DNA of 64,000 nucleotides from assembly GCF_006345805.1 (NCBI RefSeq), contig NC_043008.1:73904001-73968000 (forward strand), given 5' to 3'. The position numbers were made by a program, and so were the translations under genes. The notes beneath the pieces were generated by a model that was not told where the DNA came from, made no database searches, and saw only the letters and a program-made list of their open reading frames with translations. Below, in pieces: positions 26,701 to 38,800 of the stretch. The stretch comes from Octopus sinensis. Its lineage: Eukaryota. The number at the start of each line of letters is the position of its first letter. Positions within the stretch are counted from its first letter, which is position 1.

Positions 26701-26999
26701 ACAAAAAGGCTGGCCAGGCAGCAAAAACCCTGCGAGAATCAAGTCTGTTGGTTCGAGGAGCACAACTATTCAACTCCATTCCGGTACATGTCAGAAATCT
26801 ATCAGGATGCAGTGTGGAATCATTCAAATTGCAGCTGGATAGATACTTAAGCACCATTGGAGATGAGCCCCATCTCCCAGGATATACACAACGAGCACAA
26901 ACTGACTCAAACTCGCTCCTACACATGTCAAAATTAAACAGAGAATACAACCTGGCAACCACACCAGACTCTGAGGGTGGAGTCTTTGACTTGGCCTGA
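23784..26999 (+). CDS. LINE ORF2 protein (APE endonuclease + reverse transcriptase), CR1/L2 group, uninterrupted 1071 aa
   Basis: APE motifs ANIQGL, ITESHL, GDFNFP, IDLVF, SDHN. RT motifs YRPISLTS, QHGFR, LDFAKAFDKVDH, VPQGTVLGP, FADD. The C-terminal YSIERRFERYRIIYIWK is typical of CR1-group elements. A short 3' UTR ends in aaatgaaatgaaaat (~27030). No recognisable ORF1 upstream. Confidence 0.95.
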   Translation: MKAVFRHNLSTTTTAVLHTDDSAKPGNIDTKADTWAYRAHTTNTDSPADRTSSQHSPSNYNSLANNRADVSGTTSIITANIQGLYPKTKQCKVPFLEELATENNSKIIGITESHLNENIRNSEITINRFNIFRCDRQGRSHGGVIMYIHDTYACMELVNESNAYCNLLCIKIIQLNTVVTIMYRPPNSPTLSFTEPLTKLQQILGNMASPMPDIILLGDFNFPNIIWPHGHILKLGTKAEQIQAAKLLEVTENLYLKQMMTEATRNNNTIDLVFTNNEDTLFDLHSTPTILSDHNIIEMHLHIGNEPNVTTLKQKDMPKLCRYDYHQANWETINNQLQIIDWDLYLTGPDKHKKFLNKIEEICAENIPLKKTKSTKKPVPRERKILMRKRSRLRNKTSKLTSKHELQKVLDQIYRLEDNLKQHYDEERNNAEKRAIENIKKNPKCFYSFAKKYSNTKSTIGPLQRQNGDVVNNPFEMAEMLGQQYESVFSEPSKTMKIHDPGKFFKDIDHTKPTLSDIDFNPEDIERAIDKLSMHSAAGPDGFNAMILKNCKVQLLKPLYMIWRESMENGKIPNTYKEAHITPIHKADSKSKPKNYRPISLTSHIIKVFERIVRGKLVEFLESNNLMNCNQHGFRLGRSCLSQLLAHHDQILENLENGYNTDVIYLDFAKAFDKVDHGILGHKLRKLGVGGKVGTWIHEFLTNRTQTVTVNGTHSTPSPVTSSVPQGTVLGPILFLILISDIDEDTTSNVSSFADDTRVMRQIKDEVDTEALQKDLTTIYKWQETNNMLFNDKKFELIRYGTDQDLKNTTNYRNPPGQQIMEKQYVKDLGIHMGTNLKFREHLDSVCLTARKYSGWILRTFKSRDTSTMITLWNSMILPRIDYCSQLWSPTTKGQLSKMESLQRNFTSYFSETRDLDYWQRLKTLRMYSIERRFERYRIIYIWKTIEQKVPNFGIKTYHSLRHGRRCQLPPINKKAGQAAKTLRESSLLVRGAQLFNSIPVHVRNLSGCSVESFKLQLDRYLSTIGDEPHLPGYTQRAQTDSNSLLHMSKLNREYNLATTPDSEGGVFDLA

Positions 27000-27535
27000 G
27001 CATGGACTCAAACTCAAATGAAATGAAAATCTCTGGCTACATGAAGTTGTAGCGACTTATTTGTTCTCTTTTCAATGGAAGAACGTTCAACCACCTGTCT
27101 TTTTCATGCCACCGAAACAGGAAGATGGATGGGATGAAGAAACTAGGTTGTTACACTATTGAAAAGAGGATTAAGATAGTGAGTTCATCCGAAACTAAAA
27201 AGTTGATATATATGTTGTCATCAGAACGAGTTAAATGGGGAGTGACAAGCAAGAAATGAGCCTGAAGCAAATTTATTCGGTTTACGTCTTTACATAGCTT
27301 CATTCATTGGTCGCCCTGTATAATAAAATATAATTTCCAAAGGTGCCATAAGACCGAACCTGAAACCACGTTATTATGAAGCAACATTTTAATCGTATGG
27401 TCATGATTTGTAAAGTTGGGACAAAATGAGGATGACTAAAACAATTATAAATATATGAAGTAGACATATATTTATTTAATTCTGCTGGAATTTAAAGCTA
27501 AGTATTTCGTCCCGTTTCAACAATTGCTTTAATAT

Positions 27536-27672
27536 TGTTTTCAAATTTTGGCACAATGCTAGCAATTACACGGGAGTGGTAAGTCGAATATATCGACCCC
27601 AGGAGTCAAGTGGCATTTATTTTGTTAACCTCGCCAAGATGAAAAGCAAAGTCGACCTGAACGGAATTTAAC
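27536..27672 (+). mobile_element. SINE copy, same family
   Basis: ttttcaaattttggcacaatgctagc...aagtcgaatatatcgaccccagg...gatgaaaagcaaagtcgacctgaacggaatttaa. Confidence 0.8.
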
Positions 27673-29559
27673 ACTTGCTCAAATATTGATATTAGAAATC
27701 AACCGAGTACTAAAAATGCGACTAAAATATATTATAATCTTACATCTATTTTATTCATTTAATTCTCTCGCTTGTTCCTGTTTGATAAAATGAATATTAA
27801 AAGTACAATAATTTAACTTAATTGACAATTCACCCACTCACTGCACGATAAATATATGCTATACCCTTACTAGTTCGTCTCTTATATATTCAGGTTCTAC
27901 AACACTGAATAATTTTTTTTTTTTTTGCGAATCTAGTGGGAGTCAGGTTGGTGGAATTTATCAAACAACCAATAGCAAGACGCTGCTTTGAAAATATCTC
28001 TAGCAATTAAAATCTCACAAAAGACGTTCAACCATGGTAGAATCTCATTGTCTAATTCTAATTTAATCTGTTTCCTTCAAGTATTGATGTAAATTAACTA
28101 TTTGCTTATATAACCTCTAACCCATGAACCCTCGACAAAGTATGACTTGTAAAACAAACAAATTATCAACAAAGTTGAAGAAAACCGTGCTGAACCTCAT
28201 GAAGTTTATTTTCCAGTAAAAAGGTTCTGTTGAAATAGTTTAACACTAGACTTGCAACATCAAACTTAAGTGTTCTCAAATTTGAAAACATGAGTATCAA
28301 TTATTGCTGTATTGCTCTGGAAAGAACAAGTTACCACTTTATGTCTACAAATAAAAGCTCCTCATTAGGTTTACTATAGCTGAACGTTTGATTGCTTAGA
28401 TATAATGCTTCCAGTTATACTGGTCTATCACAATTGTATCAGCAGAATTCTCTGTGACGTACCACCTCTGGTCTGACTCTGGTTTCAAATGTGCCTTCCA
28501 CACTTTTTTTCTGTATCATCTCAGTTGCATTTCAACAACAAATTCCATAACTTTCTCCCTCAGATGTATTCACCCCCGACCTACATACCTCACTAGAGTT
28601 AGTTTCCATGGTAACATAAATTTTTCAACAGCACAGTGAATTTGCGCTATGCTATTCCCACATACACACACACACACACATACACATGCACGCACACTGA
28701 TTCATACGTATTCACAAACACATCAATCAATATCAAACAAATTCCATAGCCTAGGGAGGTTATAAGTGCATAAACAAGAGAAACTAGTTTCACTGCGTAA
28801 TCGTGCTGTATTTCATTAAGCAGATAACTTGGCGGCGCCGGTCTCCGCTCTAGGTATGGTTGACATTTGGCTTCTCTCTAGGAATACACACTAGCGTATC
28901 AAATCTGCATATGAGTGTACACACATATATGCATGTGTATAGACATTTCTGTATACACGCATGCAACCCACCACTTACATATACACACATATAATAATGT
29001 GCGTGTGTCTATATGAGACGTATTAAGCACAAATGCCATTTTTGGTGGGTCGGCTTCTACGTCCCAGTTATGTAAGCGAGTGATCTATGTATTGTGAAGT
29101 GTTACACACGTAAACACACACACACACACACACACACATATTATGATATAGTGATCTTTATGCTATATATTGTTCTCTCTATATATAGTGGCCTACTAAT
29201 CTAAATGCTATGTATTGATACAACACCACCATTATCGAGAAACAGAGGCGCTGAATAGTGGCAGGAGATTGGAAGAGTATGAGACAAATGATAGAATAAA
29301 CTTGGGCTTGACATTTGGCACTCGGTCATATAGTATTTCTATGTTAATTTTGTAGGTTATCTATCCTATGGAAACATTATTTATAATACTATACTAAATG
29401 TGGGAACAGTACTTCATTGCGGGTCGTACCTGAGTATAAGATATGGGGAGTTGAATCGTTGTCTTAAGATATCGTAAGTGTTATTGCAGCATAGAAATAC
29501 GGAGTACTCTGATTGCATAATTTCCATGGTTAGGAACAGGAAAATGCAGTAATGTTTCG

Positions 29560-29900
29560 ACATACGTACATTGACAGTGTCTTACTTTTCATTGCAGAAG
29601 ACACGATTGACATTATCCTACATGGGTACATTTTCGTGGACTCGTTTCATTGAATCAACACAGATTGTCCAAAGGCGTCTGAGTTGTCGGTGTAAAATAA
29701 TTTCATGGGGGCAGTTAGGATTAAAGAACAACAGTTTCGTTTAAATACGGGTGGGCAGTGTGGGAAATGGTGGCACGTAGGTGGTATATGTTTAGGAAGA
29801 AGTGTTTAGATGAGATAACTAATGGAATAATTAGCCATTGAATGTACTACAACACTCAAACTGAAGAACTGAGGCTAGTTCCAACATAGCTTAGTCGGAC
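29560..29900 (+). mobile_element. Highly decayed CR1/L2-type LINE 3' end
   Basis: Remnants resembling FSLQKRRL and FRKxCFSxRIxxxWNxLP, followed by a 3' stem-loop actgaggcta-gttccaaca-tagcttagt (29870-29897). Confidence 0.5.
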
Positions 29901-30509
29901 GGTGGTGAAAACAAAAGTATCAGAGTTACTACGTGATGTGGACAGTTCTTTTCAGGTAGCAGCCCTATTATGCGGCGCAGAGAATAGAACAACGATTGTC
30001 CTGGTGCACAAAATAGGAAAGGAAAATCGGTAGGGGTCTGAGTGGAATTATTGATACAAACCGATTAGAGGAGTATGGACACTATCCCTGTCCTAATCCC
30101 CGTCCTAAATACAACACAGCTATTCGTGGCAGTGGAGAGCAGAATGCTGAGATGATACATGTGTGGGATGTCAAACCAATTTTCTTTACCCCATGCAAAG
30201 GAAACGAAATCCTTCCACGCTTCTGCAGATACCTCCATCACAGCAACAGCACCAAAAGCAACATCAGCACCACCAACAACATTACTGTCAAGAGTAGCAG
30301 CATCCAAATCCAAAACGGCACCAGCAGGAGAAGCAGACGAAATCGATTCAACATCAGTAGTAAGCACCGGGAACGCACATGAGAAAAGCAATAACATCAC
30401 CTGCATGTTCGCAACATCTGTTGTGTATGAGCAAAGTTTTGACTCCTCGCTCACTTTAGCTATTTACAACAGTGCCTGGAAAGAAGGCGTGTAGCGTGTA
30501 ATCGTCGCA

Positions 30510-30610
30510 TTTGAGCATGACAGAGAAAGTTGATCAGAGAATCTGCATCAAATTTTTGCAAAAGCTTGGCAATACCTGTTCAGAGGCTTACGCAGTTTTC
30601 AAAAAGTTTT
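30510..30610 (+). pseudogene. Mariner transposase N-terminal fragment
   Basis: MTEKVDQRICIKF..KLGNTCSEAY. Confidence 0.55.
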
Positions 30611-33600
30611 CATCGTTCTTCACACAATCAAGGTGATTTTATACAACTGAAACCCGAATGTCTTTTTGGTCTGTACCAAACGACTTTACTCTGTGTGCTT
30701 TAGCTTTGTTACTGTGGCAAAAGTCCGGATACTTATTGATCAGACCTCGTATATCTCTCAAAGTTGCCAGACACTGAGACACATTCTCCATGCTCTCGGA
30801 GATACTCGACGATATCACTAATGTCCTTCGCGAATCCTCTTTACCCACAACAAATATGTTATCCAGAACTAAGAAAATTCTTTCTCTGAAAACTTAACAA
30901 AGATGAGGAAAACCACATTCCTCATTCGTTCGCCGTGTACCAAAATCATTGGAATTTACGATTGTCCCCCTACCGCCAGATGCTGATTATAGATATAGTA
31001 GTCATCTTTCATTTTGGTGAGTCACAATCTCACACTGGTTTGCTACATAATGCATCAAAGTTCTTCCATTTTTAAACATTTCTGTCATTGTGTATCTAGA
31101 ACTACATTGTCCAGTCTATTTCCGGAGATTCGTTTACTACTTTGAAGATTACTATGTTAGCCTGTCTTTCATTTGTCTATCGTTCTGCCTGTTTCAAATT
31201 TAAATGGATGTTGCTTTCGCATATTTTGTCATTTTTGTTTATGAAATTGTTTTTGTTGCTACATTCTCATGGCTTTCTATTATACAAGTTATGGATCGTG
31301 TATAGGTTTCCATTCTAGATATTCCTTCGATGTCTACATATCTTGGAGGATAATTAAAATTAAAGCCACTTATAATTTTATACAGTTCACACAAATTCTA
31401 ACGTTACAAAGAGGTGAACTCAGCATGTCCAAGAGTTAATGAATTGACTTCAATTATACAGCCGTCCCATTACGTATTACTTTACCTAACTATGGTATCT
31501 ATTTAAAACTGAATGTACTCTATCAGTGAAAATTAATATTTGTGTATTGCTTCTAAAAGCGATACAGTTGGCAGAACTATACAATATCGGCAGACAGTTG
31601 TTGTTTGCGGCCTTTGGTATCCTCAAATTCCTAACAGAGAATAAACTAGATATTTCTGATTTTTCACGTTAATACAAACATGATAGATGTGCTGTGTGAT
31701 ATTTGTACAATTATATTACACCATAATTACCGTCTTAATAGATATTAGAAAATATAGAGAGATTATGGTTAGATCATCTGAAATGCATATTGTCTGTTGA
31801 ATATAATGCAGTCTTGCTTCTTGCCGCAACTTTGAAATAGTTTACATCTGTCTAACTATATTTCGAAAATTTTCTTAAGAACTTACTACTTATTATATTC
31901 TTAGCCTAAAGAAATATAATTAATTTTCAGCATATTGTTTCATTTTGAATAGAATATATAATTAAGAGAGAAACAGAAAGGAAAAAAAAAAAGAAATGTA
32001 TCATTTTCAGGTATGAAACGTGAATTATAAAGTTATTTTCAATAGACATTACTAAGCTTCCTTGAAATATCGAATAAAGAGAAAGGAAGAAGCCACACTA
32101 ACATGCGATGAGAAATTTCCTTAAAACATGTTATACATATTTTATAAATACATCTCGTTACTAACTTAGACGGGGCTGTCTATGACATAACGTACAAGTG
32201 AAATATATTTGCTTAGTACGATCTTATTAATAAATATGTTTCATTTGGTATGGATTCACAATCAGTGTGATATTGAGTAATTCAAACCATTATTCACTTT
32301 GTTAAGTCAATGGAATGTTTAATCACGATATTGAGATTAGTGTTAAATTTCTCACTACTATACTCCTCAAAGTCACTTATGCTTCAGCTACTCAGTATGT
32401 TTGGTCGTCAACATATACCACACAGCTACACGTTATATGTGTACCATTGCCTCAGGTAAGTCAGAGAGTGAACCGAAGAAGAAGTTCTGTCTTCTCGCAT
32501 GATACACAATATATAGTAGCTATTTTCCTTCAGATATCAACCCAGCTGTCTTACATCAGAAAGAACACGTTGGACAATGCAATTCAAGATACATAAAAAG
32601 GCAGGATGGTCAAGGCTGGAATGTTTTTGGCCATAAGTCTGCTTCACTTGTAGATAATCCACAGCAACAACAATAAAAGCAGGAATAACTAAAATAATGA
32701 CATATCTGATGAAAATGAGAGCTATCAAAAATAATTTGGTAGAATAATATTCTTACTTGAGTTCATCCTGTAAATATCATTTACATTGAATGATGGTCAC
32801 TCATTCAATATTTATATAGTGGTAAAATACATCTGAATAAATGCATTTGAATATAACAGTTGAACAATATGAGACAGCGTCGTGAACATTTCTATTAACA
32901 TAGCTTTTTTAAATTCACTGAAATTCGAAAGAGAAGCAATGATCAAGTGATTGTTTACTTGATAAACTTTTCTCGTGGCTTTTAGAAGGTATCATTTATT
33001 ATAATGCCAGGTCGATCCATGCTTTATGAGTGAAGATGGATAAACGGAAACTATATAGAAGCCTTTGGGTGGATTGTATCTGTCACTGAAAAGTTAAAGC
33101 TACGTTACACACAGTCATGCTGGTCTACCAGAGAATAATGTTAAGAGTACACATAATTGTTGAACGTTCAGCAACTTACACAATAATTTAAGAGCAGGAA
33201 GGTTATTCAGTTTATCAAACAATTGCATCCTTATCTTAGGGCAATGGAGATCCACTGCTGTCAATGTTTTCATTTAAATGGTATTTGTAGAGGGAAGGTA
33301 GAAGCGTCATTGTGGCTGAAAATGACAAGGCATCATGTTTTTATAGAACAGTTTCTCACTGTCACTTCAGTAAACTCCAGTTTTCAGCTGCAATTGTCTC
33401 GTTGACATTGAAACATCCTCAATTATTATATCCGTTTTTTATCACCATGATCAGAATAAAGCAAAACTAGTTATATCATAAATAATAATTGCCTTTTTCC
33501 ACTCAGATTACACAATTTAATTCGTTACTTGAAAAGAAATTAAACGTCATGATTTTTGATAAAGATATCAGACTGACGCATTTAAATCCAATTAAATTTT

Positions 33601-33964
33601 CTATAAAATCGCCTACTATCATTTTATACTGTTATCTGAAGTAGCATGTTAAAAGAGAAATAATTCTTATTTTAGGAAATAATTATAAATCCGAAATACT
33701 TCATTATAAGTACACGTTATATTGTAACAAAATGCGTCCAGAGACAAAAATATGAAGACTTATCAGAGAGTTTCCTTAAATGCACGGACTGCGATTGTCC
33801 GGCTTAACGAAAATACGTGCACGGTTGTTGAGCGTTGATACTCTATAGAGTCAGTCTACCTATAAGTTTCATGCAGCGTAATCATATTCAATTTGTAATT
33901 TTATATTAGAACGGTTCAGCGATGTTAACGATGATTCGAGCGGTATGTTTCTCTTATGTTTTAC

Positions 33965-34330
33965 AGGATGCACGCAACTCTGCTACTGAGACCTTCAAAA
34001 TGCTTCGTCAAGATTTTTAAAAACATTTTATCCGTAGAACATATATTTTCGACAGCACATAATTTTCATAGATGGTTAAGGGTCGGTTTAAATGATGCGC
34101 ATTTGAGCATCCTCAACAATCATTTCCAACCATAAGAAAATATTAAATCAATTTGTGAACTCATAAATGAGATCTGTCATGAGAAATCCATTAGTTTTCT
34201 CTTGGGATTGCATACGGTTACGGATGGGTTCTCCCAAAATCGCACGTAAAATCTGAAAAATGTTTTGCGTTGTTGTGGGCTCTGACTTGTGACTGTTGGC
34301 ACTCGATAAGAAGCAGCAGCATTTGCTTCA
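33965..34330 (+). pseudogene. Decayed mariner transposase N-terminal fragment
   Basis: NSATETFKMLRQ-like helix-turn-helix start and a later LGIAYG-like remnant. Confidence 0.45.
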
Positions 34331-34760
34331 GAGTTACACCAACTACATCATTTTTTCTCAAGCGATACGCTTTCGTGATAGTAGATGAAATTCAAACAGA
34401 ATTGCAGGTGTGTGTAATTTTCTTTTGTCTTTTTGTTTTCTTAATGAGTGTGTACTAACTCCAGCAGGTAGATTGGCATCTTAGAGGCTTTTTCATTGCT
34501 TAGCATTTATATTTGTCGTATATTTCTATTTCTTCAATCTCTAATTTAGTCTTCAAATGGTGTATTCTGTTGACTTATTATTCATAGAAGACATGTTTGT
34601 GCTTCATAGTAATGATGCCTTAGAACATATTATTTGTCATATTATGGAGTAACATTTGGTCAATCAGTGGAACAGAAGAGTCTTAATTAAACAGCTTCAG
34701 AATAAAATGTCTATATAACTTTAACTTCTAAATCCAATCATACTTGTATGTACGTTTATC

Positions 34761-34976
34761 TACAAGGTGGTGTTGAACATTTCTTGGCTTTAAGGGTTTC
34801 GCGAAAGGTCTAGATGAAGATCCAAATTTTTGCGCTCTTTCACTAGTCTTAGAAAAAGTGAAGAATCGCGGCAATAAATGTGTGAATCTGAGAGGGGAAT
34901 ATGTTAAATAAAATCATAATTAACTGACCCTCCCATATTTTCTTTTACCCAAAGCCAGGATTTTTCACACTCTATA
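34761..34976 (+). mobile_element. ~215-bp mariner-derived MITE, copy 1
   Basis: TIR tacaaggtggtgttgaacatttcttggcttt / aaagccaggatttttcacac; colinear with 53445-53670. Confidence 0.75.
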
Positions 34977-35299
34977 CATTTCTCTGTAAATGTGTACTTT
35001 TGACGAATAGACAGGCTAGAATAGCTGTGTACACAAAGAGATTATTCTGAAGCCGCTGGTACCCAAAGAAATGTAATATAGGAAATACATTATTAGTGGG
35101 TTAAAGTATGCATCTTGTAAGTTTTTGACTGGCAACATTCTGACATGAGGCCTCTCTCCCTCTTACCCTTTTTGGAAATCTGTAATTTGTTGATTGCATA
35201 GCATATAGCATTCGTTTAAATCATTTGGTTGACGGTTTCTAGTTTTCACGCTAGTTTGCCGGTCAGAGAGCTGAAAGAGTTAATATATTTCGATGAATG

Positions 35300-35490
35300 T
35301 TAAGGTGGCGAGCTACCACAATCTTCAGAACGACGGGCAAAATGCAGCGTTTCGCCTGTCTTTATGTCCTGCGTTCAAATTCCACTGAGGTAGACTTTGC
35401 CTTTCATCCTCTGGGACCAATAACATAAATACCTGCTGAACACTTAGGGTCGATGAAATCAACTTACCTATCCCCCAAACCCGCTGGTTG
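35300..35490 (-). mobile_element. SINE copy, same family, reverse orientation
   Basis: gttcaaattccactgaggtagactttgcctttcatcct is the reverse complement of the family core. Confidence 0.8.
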
Positions 35491-37291
35491 ACATATATCA
35501 AAATATATTTCGATGTATGTCAATTGTTCAGTTATTGAAGACATGAAAATTGTTCAGCTGTAAATAATGTCATTTTTTCAACATAACCCCATAAAAGAGG
35601 GATTATGTTAAGAACAGCGTGTTTATTCGGCTAATTTTTAATTTCTTGACATTCATAGCATAGAAGAGAGATACAATAAGGGTTAGTTGGGACTGCCTGG
35701 GATTAGAGTTTATATAGTCAAGGTTTTAGCCAAAAGCATTGATGGTGTTTTTAGGGAGTGACGTAAGAGATCGAAAAACAAAAAGAAAAGAAAATTTAAT
35801 GAGAATCCGGTACAAAAATACGGTTGCCATATGGAGTATTGTATATAAAGTTTCAGATGTAGAGGTGAACGAATCAAGTTATAAACAGCCATCCGTTTTA
35901 CATAAACACTGCAAAAGTGGAATATATGCGCTTGATGCCCGTTTGGAAAACTGATATGGTAAAATTCTGGACAACACTAATTTCTGCTGGTACCCAAAAT
36001 GAACAAAAAGGGAGATAATAATATAAGAGAAAGAAAGAATGAAAGAAAGAAAATAGATGTACCGTACGGCAACAGAAAGTCGAAGCACTAACAGAAGCAG
36101 TAGCGTCCTCATCAGCAGCAGCAGTATTGTCAGCAAAAGAAACAGTAACAGTAGTAGTAGTAGCAGTAAGGATGATAGAATGAAAATTGAAAGAATATTC
36201 ATCATTTCGGTGTTATTAGTTTTACAAAAGAGAACATTTGTCAATTAGGCAGCAGTTGTCTTGGTAAATCTACTTTAGGTATATATCCGGTGGATTCGGT
36301 GAAGTCAGTAATTAATTGTTGCTAGAAAGTTCTATTAACTTTCTAGCAACAGTATAAAGAACACAATTTCTTAGAATTTTTAAACTGAATTTGCAAAATA
36401 TAGAATATAAGGATGGTTTTTTTTTTTAACTTTCGGTTCCTTCGATAATTTACTAAAGGACTTGATGCAAAAATTCTCAGTGAGAAGTGAAGAACGTCTC
36501 AGCACACACTCATACAAGATAGAAGGATGTTTTATTTGAATCAACTCATAAAATAGGCAAGTATTACAGAGAATATATCTCTTTATGTCTTTTCTAGAGT
36601 TTGTTTGGCCTCAGACGTGCACATTCTGACAATCATAAGAAAAACATTCCAGCTGTAACTTACCAGTCCTTTTCTTCAGAGAAACAGTGAAACGATACAA
36701 TGTACAATGCTTCCGTTTGCCGGATGTGGGCTGAAGGAGATTTGGTTGCTATATAATTAAGCTCTAAAACAAATTCGAAGCTTCTTCATACCCTCATATA
36801 TCATTTAATTTTCTTAAATGTGTTAAACTCTAAGACGTTCAATTGTAATTAACCGAGAAATGTTGCGGACTGCTTCCTTGGTTTCTCTTATGAATTTGAC
36901 GTATTTATATTTATATAGAAATGATGTTTTTCAATATAAATATAATGTTCGTTCTAATACGGAACAGCATTTGGTATGTTAATGAAATATAAGCTGTCGC
37001 TGAATGTGAAGAATCGAAAGCAAATATATTCAGAATGGTGCTACTTAAAACGCCGGCCATCGTTTTTAGTACATCGCTTCTTTCATTAAGAGAAAACAGC
37101 AATAGTCTGCCTTTGTGTGTGTCTCTGTGCGTATTAATGTGTGTAAACTAGAAATTGGCAACTGCAGAAATAACTAGAGATGCCGGCAAGAATATTACTC
37201 ACAGACAGGTATATATGTACATATGTTTATATATATATATGTATAGGTGCATATACATGTATATATATGAATATATAAAAAATATATATGA

Positions 37292-37392
<101 letters not shown>

Positions 37393-37841
37393 TGTATGTA
37401 TGTATGTATGTATTACGGAGATGTACTTGCATAGCATGGGATCTGATCTGAGATCGTGTGCTGGAACGAAAGCGATTGCAGCGTGGAAGGTGTTTATAAG
37501 CTATTTAAAAAACACACAACATCCGTTAGTTACACTTCAACATTTAAATTTAATTCGTCAAAATATTTTCTTCCCTTTGAGACCATGACCTGTTCACTGA
37601 AAAAATCTCCTACTGTGTATACCCAGGGCTATTCCCCATTTTTCAGGAGGAGTTAGCCAAAACATGACACATCAGGTATTCCATTCATTTTCCAGCTCAA
37701 AGGGGCGAGCCCCGTTCTATGTTCGAGTCAAGGCATAAAACGCAACCCCCAACATTACCAGTGGAGCCCGACAGCATATACTAGTTTACCCCTGCCGCAT
37801 CTTGCTGGTTCCGTATCCATTTTAGCAACGTAAAAATTCAC

Positions 37842-38085
37842 TCATCCGTCCGCAAACACTCTCCAAGTTTTCCTATCATTTATAAATTCTCTTGCCTCTC
37901 TCACTCTAACACCTCTAACCACCAAAGCTTTCCTCACTCCATCCATCCACACAAACCGAGGTCTGCCTCTAGTCCTGCTGCCTACCACTCAAGCCTTCAT
38001 CACCCTCCTTACCATCCGCTCTTCATCCACCCTCTCCACGTGGCCAAACCACCTCAAAATTCGTCTATTCAATTTGGTTGTTAGT
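37842..38085 (-). mobile_element. RTE-clade LINE 3' fragment
   Basis: LNRRILRWFGHVERVDEERMVRRVM...TRGRPRFVWMDGVRKAL...DRKTWRVFADG*. Confidence 0.85.
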
Positions 38086-38385
38086 TTTTCTCCCATTCCT
38101 GCTCAGACTCCATACAAGGATAAAATTAACTCTTCCCCTCGCGGGGAGGCGAAGAAATGCTAAGGTCAATTGGTGAAACAGCTATCAGAGAAAAACAATG
38201 AGGACGGGTTGTCTACACTGAACCATCAATTATTTGGAAGTGGGGATCTATTTTGTAAGGTCACTTACGAGCTTAATCTGCGGACGTAGAGTCCCAATTT
38301 TCTAGGAGGTAGCGCTTAAGAGGACACATTATGTACATATTTCTTTACGAATGTTCAGCGAGCCAGGCTTAGTAGAAGTAATCAA

Positions 38386-38463
38386 TGTCTTACAGCTCTT
38401 TCTGAGATATCCCAGGTAATGAGTCAACGCTCTCGTACACTGGCTATTCCGTCATCAGAGACA
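38386..38463 (-). ncRNA. Type I hammerhead ribozyme, diverged inverted copy
   Basis: Minus strand reads TGTCT-CTGATGA-cggaatagccag...ctgggatatctca-GAAAG-AGCT-GTA-AGACA. The core is intact; stem III has a G.G mismatch and the base of stem II is weakened. Confidence 0.7.
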
Positions 38464-38722
38464 AGGTGTGTATGCAGGAAAGCTCACAGTATATGGAAGA
38501 ATTAAACAGTAGATAGAAGATTATAGATAGAAGAATAAATACTTCAATCTGAATGCATCGCTCAAACTACTGCCTGGTTTTATGTGGGATTATACTTACT
38601 CCAAACCCTCCGGAACAAGATGAACTATGAAGTTTATTCTTCTGTATTTATTCTTTTATCTACTCTTTTATTCTTCTGTCTACTGTGAATTCTCTGTCTG
38701 GAACTTTCCTGCATACATACCT

Positions 38723-38800
38723 TGTCTCTGATGATGGAATACCCAGTGTATGTGGTTGTTGAGCCATTACCTGGGATATACCAGAAACAACTGTAAGACA
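38723..38800 (+). ncRNA. Type I hammerhead ribozyme with complete core
   Basis: Stem I TGTCT(38723-27)/AGACA(38796-800); CTGATGA 38728-34; long stem II TGGAATACCCAG/CTGGGATATACCA; GAAA 38784-87; stem III AC-aact-GT; cleavage triplet GUA (38793-95). Confidence 0.85.

Noticed and set aside
29598-29640. Apparent exon after the acceptor cttacttttcattgcag
   Set aside because: It lies within a decayed CR1/L2 RT C-terminus and has only a weak donor.
29863-29905. CTGAAGA followed by a hairpin, a possible hammerhead
   Set aside because: No GAAA and no stem I partner; better explained as a CR1-type 3' stem-loop.
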